From Laetmonice hystrix (lineage: Eukaryota): 64,000 bases of DNA. The translations under genes were made by a program, and so were the position numbers. The stretch is from contig OZ249436.1 in the NCBI GenBank assembly GCA_965235115.1, forward strand, positions 4,094,001 through 4,158,000. The letters run 5' to 3'. Below are positions 50,001-62,000 of this stretch, piece by piece (within the stretch, counting starts at the first letter, position 1; the number at the start of each line of letters is the position of its first letter). The notes under the pieces are model-generated. The model made no database searches and was not told where the DNA came from. It saw only the letters and a list, made by a program, of their open reading frames with translations.

Positions 50001-53000
50001 CTGAGAGATCATTCTAATTGGCTTTAACATGCTTCCATTATTGGATAAAATTGGACCAAGTGACTGAGCTGGATTCATATAGATCTGTTACTATAATAAT
50101 GTAAATGTTTCTGAAATGTCGTTGGCCATTGATAGTCTTTTATTTTATTCAATTAGGCAACTATTTTGCGAGCACACTACTTGACCCATTCTGACAGGCG
50201 TGAGTTCCAATGCAACTGGCAAGGTTGCACATTTTCTTTCAAGACAAAAGGTTCCCTGAAGCGTCACAGGAGGCGGCATACAGGTATGGCAATCATAAAG
50301 GAACAGAAGGCTATATCAAAGTTTGCTGTCATAATACAAAGTAGAGTCACTGTTACATTCATATCATAGAAAACATGCAGTACCCATTTTGAAAAAAATC
50401 TAAAGGAATCTTGAAATTATTAGAACAGTAATGAGTATCTGTCATGTACATTTTTTAAACAGGTGAACGACCTTACAAGTGTGAGCAGTGTCAACGGTGC
50501 TTTGGAGAGTCTGGTGCCCTGTCGAGACATCTAAAATCTAGGTTAGCTTATTTTGGAGAACAAGCAATAGACCCATGCTTAAGTTGATGACAATGTATCT
50601 TTGTATCTTGGTGGGCTTACACCTTGATGACGATGTATCTTTGTATCTTGGAGGGCTTACAACTTGATGACAAAGTAACTTTGTATCTTGGAGGGCTTAC
50701 AACTTGATGACAAAGTAACTTTGTATCTTGGAGGGCTTACAACTTGATGACAAAGTAACTTTGTATCTTGGAGGGCTTACAACTTGATGACAAAGTAACT
50801 TTGTATCTTGGAGGGCTTACAATTTGATGACAAAGTAACTTTGTATCTTGGAGGGCTTACAACTTGATGACAAAGTAACTTTGTATCTTGAAGGGCTTAC
50901 AACTTGATGACGATGTATCTTTGTATCTTGGAGGGCTTAGAACTAGAGGACAACAACTTGATGACAATGTATCTTTGTATCTTGGAGGGCTTACAACTTG
51001 ATGACAAAGTATCTTTGTATCTCTTCGAGGGCTTATAACTTGATGACAAAGTATCTTTGTATCTTGGAGGGCTTACAACTTGATGACAAAGTAACTTTGT
51101 ATCTTGGAGGGCTTACAACTTGATGACAAAGTAACTTTGTATCTTGGAGGGCTTACAACTTGATGACAATGTATCTGTGTATCTTGGAGGGCTTACAACT
51201 TGATGACAATGTATCTTTGTTTCTTGGAGGGCCTACAACTTGATGACAATGTATCTTTGTTTCTTGGAGGGCTTACAACTTGAGGACAATGTACAACTTG
51301 ATGACAATGTGATTTCCTATCTTGGAGAGTGATGAACGTTGAAGTAAACATAACCTGTAGGATTGTTTGTATTTGACAGAACTCCATGTACAGCAAAGAC
51401 TGATTCTGATTTCCCACGGTATGGCAAGCGGCAGGAATTGGTTCTACCTCCCAGTATGTTAACAGACATGTCGGTTGGGGAGGAGGACCAATCTCAGCAA
51501 AGTGCAGACCATGAGCCAACCACAGAATGCTTGGCTGTAACTGAGGAAGTCATGCAAACAAGTGAAGTTGTTAACATTGCAGGCCAGGTAAGTATATCAA
51601 TGATTGTGACTTTTCATAGTTGGCTCGAGACTGTGCCATTTCTGAAATATTATGACCAAATTCTATGTATTTGCTTGAACTCCTGTGGAATGGAATAAAG
51701 GTACACGTGTGGATTGGTCACTCCTGAGTTAAAGCACTTGTTGTAGGAGAATACGGAGAAAGGACCTGTCATAGTGCAGATAGATGACACAACATTGGAA
51801 GGTCTGGAGGGGGACGAAGTCCATCACTGTAGGGTGAGTGATAATCTCTCGTTGATTGTAAACTTATTACCAAGAGAACGTAGTTGAAAACCTTTATATA
51901 TATATCTAGGATTATCATGGCTGTGGCCACACTGCCGGTTAATTATTTAAAGTAAATGGGGGAATCCCAATAAGAGAGGCAGATAGCGCAGACTTATGGT
52001 AAAATTAAACTTCTGTCCATTCAGGCATGTCAAGTCGTCCTGGCTAATGAACACCTTCTTAAAATCCACTTACGGAGTCATCTTGCTTTGACACCTTTCC
52101 GCTGCGGGTTGTGTGCTTACGCAACCGCAAAAAAAGATCAACTTGATCTGCACAAACGGGTTGCTCATCACATGAATTTACCGGTATGTAACTAAATATT
52201 AAATTCTCTTCTTTCTAAAATAGCATTTTTTTCATAGTTTATGCAAAATATTTATTATGATATAATTACAAAATTCATCTGTTGGTTACAGGCATTTTAG
52301 CTGAAGTCTACTGCTCAAGAGAATATTCTTCTTTTACTTGCATAAATATATTCACATTAAAATATTTTTATTTTGCTTGCTTTTCTGTCTAACCTACCTC
52401 TATTTTAGACAATAGATAAAACATATTTCTGAAACATGATTCTGGCAAATGCATTTTGACCATGGTAAGAAATGAACACTATTAGTATATAAATACAGTC
52501 AGACCTGATGAATCCTTACTTTTGTAATCCATACATCTCCTAATCAGAGCAATTTCTTGTAACCTCTTAAACTATTCTTCAAAATGATTCAGTCATCCAT
52601 TTGTATCAAAATCCTATTTTAATGGGCACTAGTTGTTCAGATACACTAGGTCTGACCGTAGGTTAGTTGCAGTTCCTCAAGTGTTGTGTACTTTAATCGG
52701 ATGCAGCGTAAAGCACAGAAACTTGGGTAGAATGATGATGTTTTTAGTACTGATTGAGTGGTAGGTTTCTCTCAATGACTTTCCTTGATTGGACAGGTGG
52801 GCCCAGCAGCTGGCACTAACAGTGAGCAGCTGCTGATGACAACTGGAGTGCTACCAGAGGGGACTGAAGGAAAACAGTCCGAGGTTCACCCTATCAAGGC
52901 AGTCACAGAGAACGGTGACGTAAACATGGATCTATCTGTCCAAGAATCAGACGGTGTGGTCACGGGAGCCGAGGTCACAATCATGGCGACACCACTCCAG

Positions 53001-56000
53001 GCCAAGGAAACAACACCAATCCACATAGACGGTAACACACAACCAGAGTCTGCAGATTCAGCTAACCAGACACGGTCAGTGACATTATTTCAAACTCATT
53101 GAACTACAATGTATGTCAATGATGAAATGAAGTTTCTTTGTTTTTTTTTTGTTCAAATATTCTTTATTGCAGCATCAATCAAGTTTTACAAAGTTACAAA
53201 TAACATTACATCAACTTCTTCCTGGCTGTATAGGTTGTTTTTCAGCAATTGCTGGTTTTCGGCGGCAACCTAGTAAAACTCCCATCCTTTGATTTTTTAA
53301 TAGTTAGTGGCTTAACTATTCATGCCTTTGTGAAAAGGCATTTTCTTCAGTATACAGAGCTATCGTTGTTGTATAATGGTAAAAAATCTGTTTGGGGAAA
53401 AAATGCAGGTTTTGTTTTTATGTACCTTTCTATATGTTGTCACGTGAATAGGCCCATTTGCACTTTCAAAAAAAGTTGTGACCTTTCAGTGAAGCTATAT
53501 TTGAGGATGTTCTCTGTGGGCCAAGAGTTTTCTAAGATGCAGTAGTCTATCAGAAACAGTTTTAGAAAATTTGGAGGGGAGATGTCAATGTGTTGCTTCA
53601 GATATTGTACATGTAACTTAAAAATGTAAGCCCTGCCAGGATCTCCACTGTACGTCTCACCGGTACAGCCAAGAACGGACAACCATACATGTACATGTAT
53701 TTGGAAGCTTAGTTTGACGTTAGTCCTCCAGATGGCGCCCCGGGTTGAGTTGTAAAGGCCCTCATGTATGGTCCAAAGGTCCGATAGTTTAATTACGATT
53801 AGATTTCCTTGAATTCTGTGTGTATATATGTACGCACGTGCATCAAGTGTTGTCAAGTTATGTTTTACTTGGGCGGAGCAGGGGGTGGGGTCGGGGTGGG
53901 GTCGGGGGTTTGAAGTTGACTCTATAATTATAAATCATTAATGGGAGGATGATGATGATGATGATAGTGATGATGAGGACGATTTGCATGAAGAATAAAG
54001 ATTTGGACAGTTTCCTTGTAGTCATTAGCGTCTTCCTGTATGTCTAACCGACTCCGATGGACCAGTGTCGTTCGTCCAGGGGTGACTGCACCCAGGCACA
54101 AACCTGGACCCCCTGTAGTTTGTAATGGTTGCGTCCAGAATGGAGAGCCACCCAATCCCCCCTCTAGTGTGAACTCCTCCCAGACTCCTCATCAGGCATG
54201 TCGGTGTGGGCACACTGGTGGTGGCTGTCAGTGACAGTCTGGCTGGTAGATATTGTTTCAGTTTTAGTTCTGGCTATCTGTTTGGTAACATGAAATCAGG
54301 TTAATCAATATGAACAATACATGGCCTGCATGTCAGGCCCAGTCGAGGTAGGCTTATTTGACTTTAGAAAAAAGGTGAAAATTAATTGGAAAAAAAAACT
54401 GGAAAAGAAGCATCCCTTAATTCTCCAACCTACTTCCTAAATTCATATTAATTAATTAATTAATTTAGGTATTTTATTTGTAAATATATTTCTTGGAAAT
54501 GTTCTTTGTTATTTAATTATATAATTTTTTGTAAAAGCCTTTAATTTAATTTTCTATCACAGATGGGGGTGGGGGTGGGGGTGGGGGGGGGGGGGGTCGT
54601 CCCAGGTATGGAACCCTCCGATCAGATATGGTTTGGTAGAGTTGACCTGGTTAAGGACAGAGGTCATCCCATCGCCACACCAGTCCTACAACAAATAACC
54701 TGTCATACCATGTGTTCTGGTCTCACCTAGATTCCCGGTGGGGAGGGGGGGGGGTATGTATGCTGTCATTGGGGGCAACACTATAGCGGGGCCGTCAGTT
54801 GGTGACCTCTTTCATGACCAGGTTTGCAATCCTTGACCAAGAAATGTCATGACCTGGCTGGGAAACGAGGTCAAACCTGAGGAAGCTGCCCCCCCTGATC
54901 GGAGTGGTTGAGTCTGTTTATATTAGGTCAAGGCATTATGTAAGTGGGTTGTGCCCGAGCTGGGGGGGGGGGTGGAACGCGGAGTCAGTCAGAGCTCACA
55001 GGGGATCATACCAGGTGTACCCTTGTGACCTACCCTGTTACAGATGTATGATCACAATTAAACTTGATAAATTCGTTGAATACACAATTTAGTGAGCAGA
55101 CAGGATGGTGTAAGACATCTATAGCTGCCATCCTGCCACTGGGGTTTCACTTCTAGCACAGGGAAGAGATACATCATCTGTAATAATAGGAGCAAGCAGA
55201 TGGTCACAGTAAAATAATTTTAAATTTGTAGATTTGTATAGTCCATAATTAAGGTCAGAATACCACCCTGGTTGAGAAGTGAGATAACGTTTGGTAAACC
55301 TTTCCTTGTTGATATTATTGTCTCCTAGATTTCTGACAGACGTGTATGTACATGTATGTATCTGCTGTCCAGAGGTCCTGTCTGGGCGGCGGGGGGTTGG
55401 GGGGTTGTGGGGGGGGGGGGGGATTCAAACCCGTTGAAAATGGCCTGTTCTCAGATAGCGCCAACCGAATGCTATACAGGTTCTTTAAAATATTCAGATT
55501 GCCTTTTTGCATATATACTCCGTGAGAAAAGATCACTTCTATGTGTCCTTATGTATCCGTATGCCGTCTAGATATTCAAGCACAATCCAAACATTAATTG
55601 GTAAGAAAGGTACACATTACATATGTGGTCGATGAAGCGGGTGTTACCTCATTTATAATGGTATGTCCCAAACCCATACACCCCACATTTACAATGGAAT
55701 GTCCTGAAACCAGCGTTCCTAGACAGATTGTGGCACTGTTTGAGGACAAGTACGCGAGTCTGGCACCCTTTCGATCACTGACCAAGGTCAAGCTCACGGC
55801 AACAGGCCCTCTCAAGGTCAAACTCAGATTGTGGCACTGTTTGAGGACAGGTACTCGAGTCTGGCGCCCTTGCAATCACTGACCAAAGGCAAGCTCACGT
55901 CGACAGGCCCTCTCAAGGTCAAACTCAGATTGTGGCACTGTTTGAGGACAGGTACTCGAGTCTGGCGCCCTTGCAATCACTGACCAAAGGCAAGCTCACG

Positions 56001-59000
56001 TCGACAGGCCCTCTCAAGGTCAAACTCAGATTGTGGCACTGTTTGAGGACAGGTACTCGAGTCTGGCGCCCTTGCAATCACTGACCAAGGGCAAGCTCAC
56101 GGCGACAGGCCCTGTCAAGGTCAAACTTAGATTGTGGCACTGTTTGAGGACAGGTACTTGAGTCTGGCACCATTGTAATCACTGACCAAGGGCAAGCTCA
56201 CGGCGACAGGCCCTCTCAAGGTCAAACTGACCCTGTTTTTGGACAGAGTCTGACAGGTTGGCTAGGACAATGCCGGTAACTAAGTGGTGCGTGTTGCACG
56301 TCTAGCCCAACCACGGTCCCCAGACCCCCTCTAAACCCCCTCCCCTACAAACATATCCCTACCCCTATCCCTGACGTGAACCCTAACCCTGACCTAAACA
56401 AGTCTTGGGGAAGTTATCATGAGGAAATATGCATGGTAGATATAATGGTATATTACCATGTGTTCTGGTCTAGTCTGGTCTAATACCATGTGTTCCGGTC
56501 TAATCTGGTCTAATGGTATTACCATGGTATATTACCATGTGTTCCGGTCTAATCTGGTCTAATGGCATTGGTATATTACCATGTGTTCTGGTCTAATCTG
56601 GTCTAATGGTATTACCATGGTATATTACCATGTGTTCTGGTCTGATCTGGTCTAATGGTATATTACCATGTGTTCTGGTCTAATCTGGTCTAATGATATA
56701 TTACCATGTGTTCTGGTCTAATCTGGTCTAATGGTATATTACCATGTGTTCTGGTCTAATCTGGTCTAATGATATATTACCATGTGTTCTGGTCTAATCT
56801 GGTCTAATGGTATATTACCATGTGTTCTGGTCTAATCTGGTCTAATGGTATATTACCATGTGTTGTGGTCTAATCTGGTCTAATGGTATATTGCCATGTG
56901 TACTGGTCTAATCTGGTCTAATGGTGTGTTCTAGTCTAATCTGGTGTAATGGTATATTACCATGTGTTCTAGTCTAATCTGGTGTAATGGTATATTACCA
57001 TGTGTTCTGGTCTAATCTGGTCTAATGGTATATTACCATGTGTTCTGGTCTAATCTGCTCTAATGGTATATTACCATGTGTTCCGGTCTAATCTGGTCTA
57101 ATGGTATATTGCCATGTGTTCCGGTCTAATCTGGTCTAATGGTATATTACCATGTGTTCTGGTCTAATGGTATATTACCATGTGTTCTGGTCTAATCTGG
57201 TCTAATGGTATATTACCATGTGTTCCGGTCTAATCTGGTCTATTAAATAGTATATTACCATGTGTTGTGGTGTTATGGACCACGAAATGTGCTCGGAAGT
57301 AAAGATCTGTCACTATAACCTTATCTCTAACCCCCAACCACGGTCTCTAGATCCCCCTACAAACATATATCCCTACCCCTATCCTCTTGGGGAAGTTTTC
57401 ATGAGGAAATAACCCCATACATGCAGGTATTACGTTATAGGTCTATTGTGCTATGGTACGTTTGACAACGGCACTACTAATCATGGGCGTCCGCAGGAAT
57501 CTTTCCTTTTTTTTGGGGGGGGGGGGGGCGGGGTTGAACTTATACGTTCATTATATGCCCCCCCCCCCCCATTTATATGTTTTCCACTTGCAGTATACGT
57601 TACAGCGTTGATTGTGTACATTGTATTCCACTTGCAGTCTGAAGGAACATATTGCGTTCTATGAATGAAAAAAAAACTTCCCTGATTTTGCTGTGGAAAA
57701 GGACGATCGGCAACTTAATACTTTCTTTTTGTAAGTGGCCTTATGAAAAGGTATTTAAAAAATATAACATTACGAACTCCAAGTACCAAGAAAGCAAACC
57801 CGTCGGACCTATATTTCAGGGATTGCAAGTCCATTGAACCTGCATTTTAGGTGACTTGAAAATCTGTTAGACCGACCGGCATCAGTTTGACTTTTATTAA
57901 TAGATCTCATGATAAGCATTTATACAGCTGTGTAGCCAAATAAAAAAAGGTAGCTAGCCGGACACTCTAGCTCTGTCTGGTGTTCCTGATTCTGGCTTTT
58001 GTACTACCTATTCACCCGACATCGGCGTTCCATCGTCCCAGAAACTGACCCAGCCTGGCACTAACGGCAATATCAATCGTTGCACGTCCTTGATATTGAA
58101 CCCACGTGCCACAAGCTGACCTCCCACACGACCTGCCATGGGTACTTGTGTTGGTCCGCTTGGTGTGTCATCGTTTAACCTTGGAATTTGTTGTTTAACT
58201 TTCGATATTGTTGAACCAGTTGGGCGACCTCCGAAAGCTCTCTTAGTTTATTGTTAGACTCGGTCATGATAGTGTCCTACATTTAGGCCTAGCCATTTAG
58301 AATTTTAGCCTGGTAAACTCCTGGAATGTTGAGCTTCGTGAAGGCCGATACCTGCACTAAGGGGTGGGCTGGGGTACGTGGGGTGTAGTTGGAGGGCCGA
58401 GACCAGATCTCGCAGCAGGGGGATGCATTTTGATGGGGGGGGGGGGGGGGGGTCAGGGGTAGAATTTGGTAAGGGGGGGGGGGGTCAGCATGGTCAAATC
58501 AGAAAGTTCTATGGGGAAAAAAGAAAAATTGGTTCCCAAGGGGGGGGGGGGGTCGAACCCCGAACCAGGCTGGATCCGCCCCTCCCGTTTGGGGGGGGGG
58601 GGGGGGGCTGCACCCAGTTTCGGCGCCTATAGGCCTATACATTTGGGGGTTGAAATTAGTGAACCTCAGTATGACATGAGATTACCAGTCGATAAATTGA
58701 TGACTAATCGCTAATTATGGCTAAATTGATTTCTTTGACCTATATTCTGGAATAGCTCTTCTAAAAATCCTAAAATCCTGTAAAGATCCACTACTACTGT
58801 CTAACTACAGGGTGGAATGTGCCGTTTACTTACGGGCCACCCCCATCCAGAGATACATACATGGACTCGCCTGGGTCAGACTCACCTGTCTGTTCGTCTG
58901 GTCACTCAGATACTACGGAAGCTACCATCTGTCGGGGGGGGGGGTGCAGAATGTTGTGTCTGGCAAGAGGAAGGTACCATCCTTCACAGAAGGGGGGGAT

Positions 59001-62000
59001 AAAGAAAGATTTAGTTCTATTATATTTCATAATCACAAAATAGCCTCAGTTATAACACTATACTGTTATCATTACCTTGCGATAAAAGTTCAGTGGGAAA
59101 TACAATAATTTTTTTAAAAGATTTATTTTAGGGCAACATATTAATTGGCATTAGGTAGGGAGGGCCCAGGTAGGCCAAGTATGATAATATATTGTATATC
59201 CTACCCCAGTAAAAACCTGTACTCACGGGCTTTGCCCGAATTCCCCAACTGTTCCCCCCCATCGTTTTTTCTTGGGGGGGGGGGCTGCCCCTCTGCCCCC
59301 CCCCCGGCTCGTACGCCCACGCCTGTACTGGACTTTCACTAAGAGAACACCCCTTGGGGTCGGTAGTCCCCAGGTGACGTCATTAATGAGGTTAACTCAT
59401 TCATCTATAGTTTTTTTCCTGGCGTCATTCTGTGTGAGCCTGCCCTAGAAAATGCTCACTCGCACCCTATTGTTTTCCTTGTCACTTAGCAGCATTTCTG
59501 ATTGGCTGCTTTCTCGGTTAATCAACAAGTGGAGGAGAGTAAAAAAACCGACGTCGGGTCGGGATGTCAGACGGGCGGTTATTAGTGGCAGACGGGCGGG
59601 TGAGGGTTTGACGGCAGCGGGCGGCCGGGGAGGCGTGCGCCCAGCCCGGACGAAAGGGGGAGGGTTGTCGGTACGGACATGACCATTGTACCGGCAGGTG
59701 AGCTCCACCAAACTCCCACCCCTCCCACCGGCTAGCTTGGTCTCGCCCATGGCCGGGCTGTCTGCTCGGTGACAGCAGCGTCCGGGGCCGGTGGCCGATG
59801 GCCGGCCTCGATCAGACCCGCGCCGTAATTTACGGTGGCCCAAAAGGGACATCGTTATTTGTCTACAATAGGTTATATTTTCCCTACAACTTTTTAAAGA
59901 AACATTTTAATTTTTTTCCAATCTATTATTCTATTTCCACCCGGGGAAAAGTATTTCCACCCAGGTGAAAAGTATTTCCACCCGGGTGAAAAGTATTTCC
60001 ACCCGGGTGAATCGCGTGATACCAATCATGATACCAATGCCAACGTGGATGCTGATGCAGCAGGTAGATGCTATTCTTTAACCACTACAGGCAGGTTAAT
60101 CACAGGCAGTGCCAATCAAAACATAAGCTACGCCCAGTTTCCGCCAAATTCGATTCGGCAACACGACTGACACGGGACCAACTGATTGTAGTAATTACTC
60201 CCCTATATACCCCACCTGACTGTATTTGTCTTTTTGAAAATGCACGGGCATCAGGCGTAACCCAATTACTTTGACAATGTCCCTAAAGAGAAAAGTTGTA
60301 TAGTCCTCTACAGGAATCGAACCCAGGCCCCAAGATTACTGCACCCATTCGCATAGCATAAGGTATCGACGCCCATGCCCACTCGGCCACCGCCACTTAG
60401 TGATTAGGACCCTATCTACCCCATCTGACCCCTTTTGGGCCACCGTAGTAAATACCGAAAGGGAGCAGAAAATTGGCACTGTTTTGGGACGCTGCCCCCA
60501 CTGCTATGGCGGTGGATAATTACGTACAGGATATAAGATTGCAGTAGTCATAACCAATTTTTTATAGAGGTTTTTTTCAGATTGATCGTGATTCTGACAT
60601 ATCACGCATCCCATTTTCCATCAAATCTAAAAAATTCGGGACATTTTCTTACAGGGATGCCAGCATTGCATTAGAGCAGCTTTTGGAACTGAAGGACACC
60701 TCGGAAGGTGAAGTGAACGTCGTGATGACGTCAGGTATCCATGGTTACAAGCCTCTCCACAAGTGTCGGGTGTGTGGACGCAGCTTCCGAGGTCTCCGCT
60801 ACCTGGGACTGCACATGCGCATTCATACAGGTATGATGACAGGAATCATTTCACACACACACACACCCTTCCATACACTCAGATAATGAATAACTTTACT
60901 TAACCCCCCCTTCCATACACTCAGATAATGAATAACTTTACTTACCCCCCCCCCCCCATGCACTCTGGGCCCGGTTTTTGTGTGTTTACTTTTCCACCGT
61001 GAGCAAGGGTGAGCATAAGCTCATGCTCACTGTTTTCATGTTTTTTTGTTGTTTTTTTCCCCGTGAGGCAAGCTTATGGTGAGCAAGCTCAAGGGAAAAA
61101 AAGAAAATGGTGAGCAAAGCAGTGAGTATGAGCTCATGCTCACCCTTGCTCAGCTCAGCCCACCCTTGCTCACGGTGGAAGAGTAAACAAAAAAGGTGGC
61201 CCAGATAAATCACTTGACTTACCCCTCGCCCCCCCCCCCCCATTCCAAACACTTTACACTCAGATAAGTCACTTAGCACCCTGGTCCCACCACTTCTAAC
61301 ACTAGGACAAATCCCCACAAATAACACTGAGCTCTACATCTCTTCAGACTAAGTATGACCCCAGTAGAACTTGTCAGTTGATGGAAACTGCTCGATCCTA
61401 TAACAAACTCTATGATGCAGTGTACCGGGAACCATAACTTAATGCCGGCTTGTTGTATGACAGTACATTGTTGTACATGTATTAATGTATAGAATGAACA
61501 GTTTGTTTTTCTTTGATCCCTGTGTTAGGAGAGCGGCCTCACAAGTGTACCCTGTGCCCCAAGACTTTCGGTACGAAAGATACATTAGCCAAGCACATCC
61601 AGGCTCACTCAACTGAACGACACTATCAGTGTGGAGAGTGCGGCAAACTCTTCAAGCGCATCTCTCACGTCAAGGAACACCTAAAGATCCACAGCTCCGA
61701 ACGGCCATACCCGTGCCATTACTGCGAAAAGTCTTTCAAAACTACGGTCAGTAACCAAGAGATAATGTCCAACGAATGTCTTTCTAAAAGTCCTTCAAAA
61801 CTACGGTCAGTAACCAAGAGATAATGTCCAACGAATGTCTTTCTAAAAGTCCTTCAAAACTACGGTCAGTAACCAAGAGATAATGTCCAACGAATGTCTT
61901 TCTAAAAGTCCTTAAAAACTACGGTCAGTAACCAAGAAATAATGTCCAACGAATGTCTTTCTAAAAGTCCTTCAAAACTACGGTCAGTAACCAAGAGAAA

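Noticed and set aside
60303..60395. Functional tRNA gene
   Set aside because: A and B boxes are present but I could not build an acceptor stem or anticodon arm; tRNAscan-SE would be decisive.
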